Shown: positions 29,281-39,982, counted from the first letter of the stretch. The stretch is 64,000 nt of DNA from an uncultured Candidatus Poseidoniales archaeon (GCA_964015875.1 CAXHEV010000002.1:11310-75309), one strand, 5' to 3'. Translations and numbers: made by a program. Notes: a model not told the origin generated them from the sequence alone.

Positions 29281-29964
29281 TCACCTCAGTGGATTGAAGG
29301 GGTCGCCTCTGTCCTTTTGATCAAGAATTCGCTCAGTGACACTTGCCAATCCTAGGTTCCAGTTGACCTTGAAACAACGAACGCCTTGTGCCCATCCAGC
29401 GCCCATGTCACTGTCTCGATCGCCAATCATGGCATCGAGTGGGTGACTTGGTTCAATTTTATCATTCCACCAATTGACTTTAGCCCCTCCACCGATTTCC
29501 ACAACAAGTTGGGATTGCGTTGGCGATTCACCTCGAAATAACTGCTCACCTAATCGCAGCATTCCAGGCATTGGTTTCCTGCACTGGCACCGATCACGAT
29601 GCCGGTGGGGGCAAACAAGGACTGCATCAAAATGTGCATCCTTGTCAACATCCAGGAGCATTTGCCTCATTGCATCGTGAATTTGATGAATTCGATCAAC
29701 CCCCCATAACCCTCGCATAATTGGAGACTGATTGGTGACAATACAAATTTTGTAGCCACCACGTCGCAATTCACCAATAGATTCTGCCACATTCGGTAGC
29801 AGTACGAGTTCAGCAGGGGTGTTGATGTAGTTCGGTGAACCGATATTCAACACGCCATCTCTGTCAATGAAGGCGATGCCTCCATGATTAGGCGCACTTG
29901 CAGGAAGGTCCCGTGGTGTCCATTGAACGATGACCCCCCGCATACCCATGCGTGTGCAATTCAT
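29281..29964 (-). CDS. HAD-IIIA phosphatase (GmhB / histidinol-phosphatase family)
   Basis: DRDGVLN, VTNQS, CPH..CQCRKPMPGM and MIGDRDSD. The exact start is uncertain. Confidence 0.88.
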   Translation of the reverse strand: MNCTRMGMRGVIVQWTPRDLPASAPNHGGIAFIDRDGVLNIGSPNYINTPAELVLLPNVAESIGELRRGGYKICIVTNQSPIMRGLWGVDRIHQIHDAMRQMLLDVDKDAHFDAVLVCPHRHRDRCQCRKPMPGMLRLGEQLFRGESPTQSQLVVEIGGGAKVNWWNDKIEPSHPLDAMIGDRDSDMGAGWAQGVRCFKVNWNLGLASVTERILDQKDRGDPFNPLR

Positions 29965-30024
29965 TTGAAGGCGTTTTGCGTTTAGATGGGTTTGCTTGAA
30001 ATGTATCGGCTGTGTGGTTGGCCC

Positions 30025-30945
30025 ATGCTGGTGCCAAACGAGGTGATTTCAGTCGTCGGGGCCGTTGGGCTCATCGCACTGGCTCTTTCATGGCACAGAA
30101 GGAACGCTTCTCCAGTTCGTTTATCACAACTAGGTTGGCTGTGCGTTGGTCTTTATTTCTTCAACGATGCATCAATTTATTTGGCTCATGATGATTTAAT
30201 TTTGACGCTGTTTTCGGTCATGACATTACCGATGGCTGTAGGTATGGCCGTCTGGGAAGCTCGTGCGGAAGACGAAAAAAGCAAAGCGTCACTCACTTGG
30301 GCTCGTGGTGCTGTTGCTTATGCAGGCGGTCCATATCTTCTCATTGCTCACGTTCCATGGCTCAGTGTTCTTGCCATTTGGTTTGTGGCAAGCCAAGCGG
30401 TATTTTTCCTGCGCTTTTCTGGGGGTGACAATATCGTCATGGGTGAAACATGGGTGAATACGGCAGAAGGACAGGTCGCATGGGCTGACTTTGAGGGTAA
30501 CAGATGGTTCATGGGATCATCTGCCGAAGAGTATGTGTTCCAAACAGAATTGCTGCTCGCTGACGGTACGCCAATTGGGATCAACTTTGTCCTGGCCTGT
30601 ACGGCTTTACAATCAATGGTCATATTCATCGGCGCTATCGCTGTCCTCGATATTGATTGGCGACGTCGCTGTCGTGTTTTGTTTCTGACCATTCCACTCA
30701 TCCATGTTCTGAATCTTTTTCGCAATGCAGGCCTGATATGGCTGCATACCACATACGTCGAATGGACGCTTCTTGGCATGTCAGTTTTTGAGTTCGGCCA
30801 CAGCTACGTCGCCCGATTTGTGTCCCTCTTTGCCATGTTCATCATTGCCTTGATCATGTTCGATCTCTTACCAGAATTACACCGGCATATTGTCCGATTG
30901 TTGAAGCCCTTGGGCTTGCTTCAGCCAAAAAACCGTACCAATTAG
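30025..30945 (+). CDS. Archaeosortase (ArtA-like)
   Basis: Multi-TM protein with LACTALQS (Cys), NLFRN (Arg) and FEFGH. Start at ATG 30025 with TTGAAA at -29. Confidence 0.85.
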   Translation: MLVPNEVISVVGAVGLIALALSWHRRNASPVRLSQLGWLCVGLYFFNDASIYLAHDDLILTLFSVMTLPMAVGMAVWEARAEDEKSKASLTWARGAVAYAGGPYLLIAHVPWLSVLAIWFVASQAVFFLRFSGGDNIVMGETWVNTAEGQVAWADFEGNRWFMGSSAEEYVFQTELLLADGTPIGINFVLACTALQSMVIFIGAIAVLDIDWRRRCRVLFLTIPLIHVLNLFRNAGLIWLHTTYVEWTLLGMSVFEFGHSYVARFVSLFAMFIIALIMFDLLPELHRHIVRLLKPLGLLQPKNRTN

Positions 30946-33900
30946 CGTTGATGCCAGGGCTCTGTGGGGGAATTTCGAGTCCATGAAACCCCGCTTCCAG
31001 CAGGATATTCGATTGTTTCCGCCCCTGTAGCATCGAGCATTCCCATCAATTGTTGCGGCGGGGCAGAAACGGTTTGAGAAGGCGTAGAATCAAGCAGGTC
31101 AGCAAAGCCGTCCATCGATGTCATATCAACACCAGTTGGTGTTTCTTGTGGTGCAAACGCCTGGTTGTTATCAATCTCTGATACTTCAGGTACGTAGGAT
31201 TCGTTGGATACAGGTGAGGGCACTTCCATGGGAGATTCTTCATTCAGTCCGAGCATTTGAGATGCGATGTCCTGTTGTTTGATTTCTTCCCATTCGTTGG
31301 ATGTTTTTCCATTTTGACCTCGGCTTGCACCGACGAACGCTAAAATCAACAATGCAAACACGATTGCACCAACCAAACCTAGTGAGCCGTAGATGAGGTC
31401 ATTGGAAACACTAGGAGCAAGATCTGAATTGTCTCCAACCCCATCGCCATCTGTGTCTTCGGATTCCTTAGGGTCTTCAGGAAATGCATCTTCGTCATCT
31501 GGTACACCATCTCCATCACCATCGAACGCATCGAATGTTGTTTCACAGATGATGCTTCCAATTTCGAGTTCTTCACTGTTCAAGAATCCGTCTTTATCTG
31601 TATCGAATGCTGATGTGTCGAATTTATTTTTCAGGTCAAATGTTGCAAATTCTTTGACAGAAACTCCCTCGCCAAATGGAGATATTTGAGAAGCAATAAT
31701 CAATAATTCACTCTCACATGAACACAATTCTTGGAGCGCTTCTCTGAATTCTATATCACCATCACCATTCATATCAATTGTAGCAAAGTCACTGGCATCA
31801 GTTTCGTCGCTCGAGATAAATTCGCGCTCGTCAACAACGCCATCACCATTGCGATCCGCTTCCTCAAAGAGTGTTCTTGCTTCGTCTTCGCAGAACGTCT
31901 CAACCCCATTGTCTTCATCCGGATCAACTGGTTCTATCGGTGGGAGAGGTGAATCTTCCCAGAATGCGATGATGCTCACATCACTGATTTCTTCTTCGAC
32001 TATGAGAGTAATATCAAACCGTCCATTGGCGGGTAATTCGATGTAGAGTGTGTGCTCCGTACCTTCGCCTTCTGAGACGATTTCGACTTCTTCTGCTGTG
32101 AATTGATCAACCGGTCGGCCCTGTCTACCCTCCGTCTTTTCACCACCTGCTTTTTCATCTTCAACATCTTCTTCTTCGAAGAAACCACCGAAATTAAATT
32201 CAAGAACCGTCCCTGAGGCTTCCAGTTCAAGGCTTCCAGTTCCTCCATACGTGTTGATTTCAAGATAACTTCCGGGGCTTTCTAGTTCGACGAAGAACAA
32301 TAGTGATTCACCATCTGGTGCTTCTAGTCCAGTAATTTCCTCTCCATTGAACAATTCGATTGGCGTGCCATCATAGGACCAAATGTATCTGTCTTCAAAT
32401 GAAGCTGTAATCAAAATGTTAGCAAAGACATCCTCTGTGGTAAGAAGGATGTACCATGTGCCAGGTGTCGGGTCATTGAATCCGATTTTATCACCTGCGC
32501 CAGGCGTTGAAGATTGGAGGTCATACTCCCCAGCCGTCGGGAATTGCTCAAGACGCATGTACATGGTGGCCTCACCATAACCTTCCGAGAGGTCCACCTC
32601 TAAACGCTCAGTTCCTGTTGGCACCTCGATCTTGAAGTACTGATTTAGACCATCATATCCCGTCAACGGCCCATAGGCAACACCAGGGGTAAGTTCAACG
32701 GCATCTTCTGGAGCTGTGTTATCAGGCGCAAAGGCCATTGTAGCGACAATTGTGAAATCCATGGCTCGTTGGTAGGTGTAAGCTGTGACATAATACCGGC
32801 CTGGTTGAACGTCGTAGAGCGTAGCATCCTGTTCATTGCCTTGTCCACTGTCATAGACAATTTTTCCTTGGTTTGGGTTATTGGTTTCTCCGGAATCATC
32901 AAACTCGGGCTCATCATCGAAGAACCAGAAATCGAACGGATCTGGAACTGTGCCCCACGACAAACCGATGTCGATGTTTCCTGTTCCTCCATAGGTGCTG
33001 ACGGTTAGGCTCGAGAGATTTTCTTCCACATCTACATAATAGTAGAGGACACGATCTTCAAAATCTGCTTGACGTCCAACATCAATGGTTTGACCTGTGA
33101 CTGGAATTCCGTTGTTGAGTTCAGTCATATCCTCCTCAGATGGAGGCGGATCAGCAACGTCCCACGAGACGACCATAGTGTAATCCTCAATATCAGTCTC
33201 GGGGACCAGTAATACCCACCATGCACCGGAGTCTGGCCAGGTGAATTCCTCCCATGCATAGCCCCACATTGCTTCAATGGAACCGTCATTGTCCCAAGAA
33301 CTCGGGATTCTGTTATGACCAAAGTAGATGTTAATTGTGATTTCTTCATTCTTGAATTGGCTAGGGAAGAGATTGAAAAACAATTCTTGGGTCATTTCAT
33401 CAAGGTCCGCAAAGAAAAGAAGGTTGTCCCCTGCGTTGGCCGAAATCCCCTCGATTTCTTCATCGTTTTTAATTTGAATGACTTGGGCAACAATGGTACC
33501 ATCTGGCATCACCCAATCGGCACCAAAAATGGTTCCGGTGGAGTTGGAGGCATCATCGCTTGTGAGCATGCCTTCACCCTCGTGGAAGTTCCAATGTGAG
33601 ACCAATATTGGTTCATCACTGAGATTTGACATTCCCGTTCCAATTGAGATGTTGTCTAACATACCCATGAAATAATTGCAATCACATCCAGCGCCCATGC
33701 TGGCAATGAACAGTTCATCACAATCATCTCCTGATGTAAAGCAGTCATTCGAACCGAAGTCTCCGGCCGGGATCAGCGCTTGTTCAGCACTGATGGCTCC
33801 GGCTGCGACCCCATTCACTCGGAATTCTCCACCGACTCCTTCGATCACTTCGACTTCGACGTGCGACCAAGTTTCAATAGGGACAGTGACATTGGCAGTA

Positions 33901-34634
33901 GGGTGTTGTGAGAGACTGTACTCTGAGGAATAAGCCAGTGTGCCAGCGTTGAGGTACATGCCCCAACCATAATCACCTTTCATGGTGATGAATTGAATGC
34001 CTTCGTCATGGAATGGGTATATCCAAGCGGAGATAGAGATGCTACCGGTAATGTTCAACGCTTCGTTGTGTTCGATCTCAATACGGTCGCCTTCGTCAGC
34101 GAACCTCAAGGAATAGTCAGCACCAGGTCCAACTTCTACCACACCATAGACTGGAAAGTATTGTGGATCATTTTCCAAATCGTTCCAAGTCCCTGGCATA
34201 ATGTTTCCCATGTTGGTGCTGGCGATGTGAACATAACCTTCGTCATCGCTTGCAGAGGGTTGATCTGCACCCCAGTTTCGATAGTAGAAAGGAGCGCCAT
34301 TGTGCCAGCGGTATGCACCGTCATTGTCGTCATCGTACAGTCCGGTCCATAGGTGGCGAGAAGTATTGTCGAACGAGGCGAAGGTATCAAACAACCACTG
34401 GTTTTCAGTCTCATCATCAATCGTGACTAGGAATCCGTCTAAACCACGTGCGACTTCAGCAGCAACGGTCCAAGAGCTCTCACTCAGGAGGTAATATGTG
34501 TGGTTATTTGCAGGGTTAACTGCGGTGTCGAGGATGACGATATCTTCGACGTCTTGGGCTTGGGCTATGGGCGTTATTGGCGCCATAAGGCTCAACAGAA
34601 ATAGCATGACAAGCATCGTTGCCTTTGTGCGCAT
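30942..34634 (-). CDS. Large surface protein: signal peptide, C-type lectin, LamG, PPC-like repeats, EF-hands, TSP3-like repeats, TM helix, cytoplasmic tail
   Basis: Lectin WTGLYD...NWGADQP...WND; LamG ISISAWIYP...WSHV...FMGMLDNI; PPC TYGGTGNID...PGRYYV and PGTWYIL; EF-hands DRNGDGVVD and DMNGDGDIE; DGDGDGVPDDEDAFP; C-proximal TM. Confidence 0.85.
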   Translation of the reverse strand: MRTKATMLVMLFLLSLMAPITPIAQAQDVEDIVILDTAVNPANNHTYYLLSESSWTVAAEVARGLDGFLVTIDDETENQWLFDTFASFDNTSRHLWTGLYDDDNDGAYRWHNGAPFYYRNWGADQPSASDDEGYVHIASTNMGNIMPGTWNDLENDPQYFPVYGVVEVGPGADYSLRFADEGDRIEIEHNEALNITGSISISAWIYPFHDEGIQFITMKGDYGWGMYLNAGTLAYSSEYSLSQHPTANVTVPIETWSHVEVEVIEGVGGEFRVNGVAAGAISAEQALIPAGDFGSNDCFTSGDDCDELFIASMGAGCDCNYFMGMLDNISIGTGMSNLSDEPILVSHWNFHEGEGMLTSDDASNSTGTIFGADWVMPDGTIVAQVIQIKNDEEIEGISANAGDNLLFFADLDEMTQELFFNLFPSQFKNEEITINIYFGHNRIPSSWDNDGSIEAMWGYAWEEFTWPDSGAWWVLLVPETDIEDYTMVVSWDVADPPPSEEDMTELNNGIPVTGQTIDVGRQADFEDRVLYYYVDVEENLSSLTVSTYGGTGNIDIGLSWGTVPDPFDFWFFDDEPEFDDSGETNNPNQGKIVYDSGQGNEQDATLYDVQPGRYYVTAYTYQRAMDFTIVATMAFAPDNTAPEDAVELTPGVAYGPLTGYDGLNQYFKIEVPTGTERLEVDLSEGYGEATMYMRLEQFPTAGEYDLQSSTPGAGDKIGFNDPTPGTWYILLTTEDVFANILITASFEDRYIWSYDGTPIELFNGEEITGLEAPDGESLLFFVELESPGSYLEINTYGGTGSLELEASGTVLEFNFGGFFEEEDVEDEKAGGEKTEGRQGRPVDQFTAEEVEIVSEGEGTEHTLYIELPANGRFDITLIVEEEISDVSIIAFWEDSPLPPIEPVDPDEDNGVETFCEDEARTLFEEADRNGDGVVDEREFISSDETDASDFATIDMNGDGDIEFREALQELCSCESELLIIASQISPFGEGVSVKEFATFDLKNKFDTSAFDTDKDGFLNSEELEIGSIICETTFDAFDGDGDGVPDDEDAFPEDPKESEDTDGDGVGDNSDLAPSVSNDLIYGSLGLVGAIVFALLILAFVGASRGQNGKTSNEWEEIKQQDIASQMLGLNEESPMEVPSPVSNESYVPEVSEIDNNQAFAPQETPTGVDMTSMDGFADLLDSTPSQTVSAPPQQLMGMLDATGAETIEYPAGSGVSWTRNSPTEPWHQR

Positions 34635-34699
34635 GGGAAGAACTCCTTACCGTCCGATATATACCCACTGGTGCGGTGTTTTTACACTTTGAATTAAAA

Positions 34700-37600
34700 T
34701 CATTTCAGGCGTTTTCCACCGATTCGCAATTCTGTTTGAAGTGGCATTTGATGTTCCCAAGCGAATTCCTTGACAATACGCCAAGCCTTCTCCGAGCCTT
34801 CGTAATCCTTGACATCGATGATTTTATTTCTGGTGTTTGCTTTGAATGCGGCGATTGGTTCAGCATTTTTGAACACTAGGTAGGCTGATCCAAATCCAAA
34901 CCTTTCCTTCATTATATCTGCGAAATATGGAGCGATTGGATCGCTTGGAGGTAGCACGAAATCCCGAATGGGGGGGATGTCTTTGGCTTCATCGAGCAGG
35001 TTTTTGCGACCCCAACAGACCTGATCTAACTCATCGATGAGGAATCCCTTCACGAGCGTTCCATCCTCTTCAAATGATGTCAGAACGGCTTTGATTTCCT
35101 CAGGTTTGAACGGCGTGCCGGCCAATCTCAGTAATTGTTTGAGTGTGATGACGGGGAAGTCTTGAACAAGCGCTCGAATATATTCCCTGCGCAACTCTAT
35201 TGGATCTACGCCGGCACGTAGTTTGACGGTCCTAAAACCACCACGGAAGTCTTGAACGATATGCCCTGATCGAATTAAGGGCTGAACTAATTTTCTAAAT
35301 TCCGATTGAGTCAATGCGTGGCGTTCCTTGAACAGGTTCGGATCCGTATTGCTGCTGAAGAATTCGACGATATCCCACAAATCCTCATCAAAAGGCTCAC
35401 CACGAATAGCTAACAAGTTCTGGAAATGCTCGTACGTTGCCCATACTTGATGGCCACGCAGGTTGATCCCTTGGTGGAGTCGGTTTGCACTTGCCATGCT
35501 CTTAAGATCGACTCGATACAATTCACAACGTCCACGAAGGGCAAAATCATCGCGTATTTCTGTGACCTCACGAAGCGCCATGACCTCATTTTCCATTCTT
35601 GTTTTTTGGTGGAGGTTGTGACGATGGAACAGTGCTCGCTCAGCGATTTCTCGTGGTTGCGGGTCAACGACACCGCCCCGAATCATGCGTTCTCCAGTAA
35701 TCTTGAAACCAATTCGTTCCAGGGCTTCACGTGTTTCTTTACCAAGGCTAGAAACAGGTTCACTGTTGAAGTTTGACAGCACTGCAACATCGACAAGTTG
35801 GTCTGCATGGTTGTCCAGCAGGAGTTTGAATGCATCACAGAATTCATCGATGTAAGCAGTTGGAACGTGTAAATCTTTGATGACGAGGTAGTCATTGATC
35901 TTGAACATTAAGACCTTGCCAATTGGATCAATGCCTTTGAACACAGGCAGGTACCAACCTCGATCAAGGACGCTACGAACTTCCCAAATGAAACGGGACA
36001 CATACGGATCGGATTGTGTAAGGATGCGCATTGTACGGTCTTCACGGCGAGGTTGTTGCAGCAATTCGACTTCCTCTGGCATACAATAAAATGCTTCAGG
36101 ATCAGGCACTAAGGCCATGACTTTTGCAATTCGCCCCGACTTTTCCAAGTTCATCAAAGCTACGGTGAGATCCTCGAATGAGCGAGTGACGTAGAATCTC
36201 AATGTGTTGCCTTTGACCGGTCCCATTCTACGGATCACATCCACCAGAGCGCTCTCGAAATCAAGTGGTTCATAGACCTCGTGAACCCTGTGGAAGAGCG
36301 ACAAGCGTCGTCGTCTGCCAGGGACATCTTCGAATTGTTTAACCACAAGCATTTGCCGCTCCAAGTTCGACATTGCGTACTTGAGATCACGTTGGAGGGA
36401 GCGATGTTCGTCGCCCTTAGGGAAATCGGCCATGATTTCTTGACGAGTGACATTTTCACCAACTGGAATTCTTTTGAGCAGTTCTTCTTCCATCGGACCA
36501 ACCCAAGGTTCGGGCTTGAGTCCGAGGAGCATTGGGATCGTTTCTTTTGTTGTGTAGCCCATTCTGTTGTGCAACAACCGGCCCATGATGACGTCTGAAT
36601 CGAGTTGCAAATCTTGCCAATCTTTGAACCTAAAGTCGGTCACCCTGTAGAGAAGCTCCTGTTGTTTTTGAAACAAGACGTGGGAGTCGAAAGCAGAGAA
36701 ACCATCGCCATATTGCTGGAATGTTTTGTCCAGAACCAAATTTTGAACCCAGCGATATTCAACGACGTCTTCTGAACTATCAATCAAGCGATGCTCGTCA
36801 ATCTTGAGGATGTATTCCGCTTCGTCCGTTTGTTTATAGAATCCTACAGATAGGACATTTCGCGTTTCTAATTCATGGAGAATCTTGTCAACCATCGCTC
36901 GTGGGAACGGTAAACGCTCTTCTAACTGGTCCCCAGTATGAGGACCTTCACTGCCTAACATTTCGATGATCTTGACTCGCATTGCTTCGTGTGGATCACC
37001 CAGTGATTGTTCGGTCCAAGTGGTAGGAGTGCGCTCAGCAAATGCGGTTGCTGTTTTGTAAGAGAGACCGCGCGTGTGCAATTCTCTCAAATCTGTGACG
37101 TCTTTCCCACCGTTGACAGATAAGCAACCGAGGGTCCCGTGAATTTCTGCCATGAACGGCGAGAACCACTTTCCGTCGAGTTGTTCTGAACCAGTACCAT
37201 CAAGTTTGGTAATTCTTCCTTCGGCACATAACTCAGTGACCCAACCTCGAATGGTATCGATTTCGATGCCTGCGAGTTTCTCTTTGTACAGAGGATTGTT
37301 GAATTCTTGATCCAGTCCTCCACCGTGCGACATCAGCGTCATCAATCCCTTTGCATTGGTTGGAATTGGTGCTTTGTCAAGGTAGAATTTGTCCAATTGT
37401 TCACCAGTCAGTTCGGTGGCTAGACTGCGAGTTCCAAGGAGTCGCTGTAAGATGGCTGGATCGATATCTTTGACGAGGTAGGCCCTAGTTTTCATCGCCA
37501 TCAAATCTTCAAATGCAGACATGAACAACGACATTCCAAGCCGGGATGGTACAGTGACTTTATTATGAACAATTCGTGCATCACCTTGCACACATGATTG

Positions 37601-39982
37601 TAAGAATACCTCCAAACTCTTCATGTCGATATCGCCGAACAAGATTTCGTTTTTGGCTTCACGCATCAAAAGGCTGTCATCGGTTGTTCTGTGTTTATTG
37701 AGCAAGGCTTCTGCCTTCTGTTGAAATTGCTGAGGGCTGATTTCTTCGGCACCAATTCGCTTCGGAATAATCATAGAACGACCAGCAACTTCTCTGAATC
37801 GTTTTGCAAAAATTTGGGTGTTGACCACATATCGTTCTATGACTTCGTTGTGGTTATTATTTCTAAATTCCTTATACATCTGTCCAGGGTCAACTTCTTC
37901 TGAAGTTCGTATCAGCAGTCCATTCTCATCGAACGACATTTCGATTACTGCGATGTTGTTGGATTCTGCAATGCCCGCCATGAAGTATCCAAGAGCAGTG
38001 TTGAATCCTCGGCCTCGACATGTGGTAATCATGTAGGTCGGATGGCCACCAGTCAGCACTTGTTCGACAAGAATTCTGTTCGGATCTGGAACTTGGAATG
38101 AATCAAAACTGTGTTCTTCAAGGTGCCTTGCTATGGCGTTTGCAACGTCATTGGACAAACCATAGGCATCACGAAGGAGAATACGTGGGTCCTGTTCTCT
38201 TCGTAGTGAGACAATACAGTGGCCAATGAGGTCCAACAATGCACTGGATAGTTCCCTTGAGCGAGAACGGGCTTCTCCGGACCATGATGGAACAGTTGGA
38301 CGATGGCCAGTGACTGATGCGACATTGACCCTCGTACCTTGGATGTTGGTGACTCTGTATGTTGAACCACCCAAAAGAATCACGTCGCCGCCACGTAGAT
38401 TGGACACGAAGGACCCTGAAAGTTGTCCAAGAATGGAGCCTTCTGCATTGAATACGAGGTATGAATTATCAGGAGCAATGGTTCCAATATTGGTATAATA
38501 AATCATACGAGAATACCCACGTTTTCCGTAGATATTTTCTTCCCAATCTACCCATACACGTCGTTCTTCTTCTAGCATGTCGAGTACTTCTATGAAATCG
38601 TCATACTCGAAATTTCGATAGGACCAAGCATTCACGATAATTTCGTAAGCTTCATCGATGTCAATTTGATTGATAATGACGAGCCCAATCATGAATTGTG
38701 CCACCACATCCAAGCAATTTTCAGGGAAGTCTAGCCTGTCCATGTCGCCGGTTTGAATCGCTGCTTGCAAGGCTGCTAACTCCAACAAATCATCAACGCT
38801 TGAGGGGAGGAAACGGGCACGAGGTATTCCACCAACATGGTGGCCAGCACGGCCTATTCGCTGAAGTGCTGTCGCAATGTCGCCAGGGCTGCCGATTTGC
38901 AGTACGAGATCAACCGAACCAATATCGATACCCATTTCTAACGAGGACGAGGTGACGACGGCTCGAAGATGGCCATGTTTGAGTTTCTTTTCGACGTCTA
39001 AACGTATTTTTTTGTCCATTGAACCGTGATGTCCAGCAACCAAATCACCGAGGTAGGGGCGCAATTTAAGGACAATATTTTCAGTCATTTTTCTTGTGTT
39101 CGCAAACACAAGAGTTGTGTTGTGTGCGGCTATGAAATCTGCAACTGCTTCGATGTTTTTGTCAAATATTTTCATCACTGACAAATCACTGAATTTTGGA
39201 TCTGTGATTAAAATATCTAGGTCCAATTCCCGAGATCCCGAAACCTTTGCAATACATACCTTGGTCGCTGCAGTTCTGCTTTCTTGATCATCGCTAGCCA
39301 CTAAAAATTCTGCAACTGTTTCCAATGGTTCCATCGTAGCAGAAATACCAATTCGTTGCACTGGGCGGGTTAGAAGTGTGTCAAGGTACGACAAAGTTAG
39401 GGCAAGATGGACACCACGCTTGGTTGGTACGAGTGAGTGCAACTCGTCAATGATCATGTATTCGACTTCGCTGACGATCGGTTGGAATCTTGGTGATGTG
39501 ATGGCAATAGCAAGGCTTTCGGGTGTGGTAATGAGGATGTGCGGAGGATTGCGAAGCATCTTTTGGCGTTCGCTTTGAGGTGTATCGCCGGTTCGCAATC
39601 CAACCTTAATCTCCTGGGCACGATCGGGGAGGTAGCGCTCAGATATTTCCTTGAGTGGACCTAGAAGGTTGCGCTGAATATCGTTGGCAAGTGCCTTGAT
39701 TGGTGAGATGTAGACACAATACACCCGCTTCTCGAGTTTTCCATCAAGGGCTCGACGAACCAGCTGGTCAATGATTGAAAGAAAGGCAGTCAACGTCTTA
39801 CCAGAACCTGTAGGGGAGCAAAGCAGCAGGTGCTCTTGCTCAATAATGGCTGGAATTGCTAATTTTTGAGGGCGAGTGAAATCTGGAAATTTATCTTTGA
39901 ACCAGTTTCGAACGGGTGGACATAACCGTTCCAACAAAGCCTCTGTTTCGAGAGGTTGGTCTAGATAGTGTATATCAGCCAT
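34700..39982 (-). CDS. lhr: Long Lhr-family SF2 helicase with extended C-terminal domains
   Basis: PTGSGKT, YISPIKALANDI, TTPESL, DELH, SAT, HHGS and QRIGRAGH; 1760 aa. Confidence 0.92.
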   Translation of the reverse strand: MADIHYLDQPLETEALLERLCPPVRNWFKDKFPDFTRPQKLAIPAIIEQEHLLLCSPTGSGKTLTAFLSIIDQLVRRALDGKLEKRVYCVYISPIKALANDIQRNLLGPLKEISERYLPDRAQEIKVGLRTGDTPQSERQKMLRNPPHILITTPESLAIAITSPRFQPIVSEVEYMIIDELHSLVPTKRGVHLALTLSYLDTLLTRPVQRIGISATMEPLETVAEFLVASDDQESRTAATKVCIAKVSGSRELDLDILITDPKFSDLSVMKIFDKNIEAVADFIAAHNTTLVFANTRKMTENIVLKLRPYLGDLVAGHHGSMDKKIRLDVEKKLKHGHLRAVVTSSSLEMGIDIGSVDLVLQIGSPGDIATALQRIGRAGHHVGGIPRARFLPSSVDDLLELAALQAAIQTGDMDRLDFPENCLDVVAQFMIGLVIINQIDIDEAYEIIVNAWSYRNFEYDDFIEVLDMLEEERRVWVDWEENIYGKRGYSRMIYYTNIGTIAPDNSYLVFNAEGSILGQLSGSFVSNLRGGDVILLGGSTYRVTNIQGTRVNVASVTGHRPTVPSWSGEARSRSRELSSALLDLIGHCIVSLRREQDPRILLRDAYGLSNDVANAIARHLEEHSFDSFQVPDPNRILVEQVLTGGHPTYMITTCRGRGFNTALGYFMAGIAESNNIAVIEMSFDENGLLIRTSEEVDPGQMYKEFRNNNHNEVIERYVVNTQIFAKRFREVAGRSMIIPKRIGAEEISPQQFQQKAEALLNKHRTTDDSLLMREAKNEILFGDIDMKSLEVFLQSCVQGDARIVHNKVTVPSRLGMSLFMSAFEDLMAMKTRAYLVKDIDPAILQRLLGTRSLATELTGEQLDKFYLDKAPIPTNAKGLMTLMSHGGGLDQEFNNPLYKEKLAGIEIDTIRGWVTELCAEGRITKLDGTGSEQLDGKWFSPFMAEIHGTLGCLSVNGGKDVTDLRELHTRGLSYKTATAFAERTPTTWTEQSLGDPHEAMRVKIIEMLGSEGPHTGDQLEERLPFPRAMVDKILHELETRNVLSVGFYKQTDEAEYILKIDEHRLIDSSEDVVEYRWVQNLVLDKTFQQYGDGFSAFDSHVLFQKQQELLYRVTDFRFKDWQDLQLDSDVIMGRLLHNRMGYTTKETIPMLLGLKPEPWVGPMEEELLKRIPVGENVTRQEIMADFPKGDEHRSLQRDLKYAMSNLERQMLVVKQFEDVPGRRRRLSLFHRVHEVYEPLDFESALVDVIRRMGPVKGNTLRFYVTRSFEDLTVALMNLEKSGRIAKVMALVPDPEAFYCMPEEVELLQQPRREDRTMRILTQSDPYVSRFIWEVRSVLDRGWYLPVFKGIDPIGKVLMFKINDYLVIKDLHVPTAYIDEFCDAFKLLLDNHADQLVDVAVLSNFNSEPVSSLGKETREALERIGFKITGERMIRGGVVDPQPREIAERALFHRHNLHQKTRMENEVMALREVTEIRDDFALRGRCELYRVDLKSMASANRLHQGINLRGHQVWATYEHFQNLLAIRGEPFDEDLWDIVEFFSSNTDPNLFKERHALTQSEFRKLVQPLIRSGHIVQDFRGGFRTVKLRAGVDPIELRREYIRALVQDFPVITLKQLLRLAGTPFKPEEIKAVLTSFEEDGTLVKGFLIDELDQVCWGRKNLLDEAKDIPPIRDFVLPPSDPIAPYFADIMKERFGFGSAYLVFKNAEPIAAFKANTRNKIIDVKDYEGSEKAWRIVKEFAWEHQMPLQTELRIGGKRLK

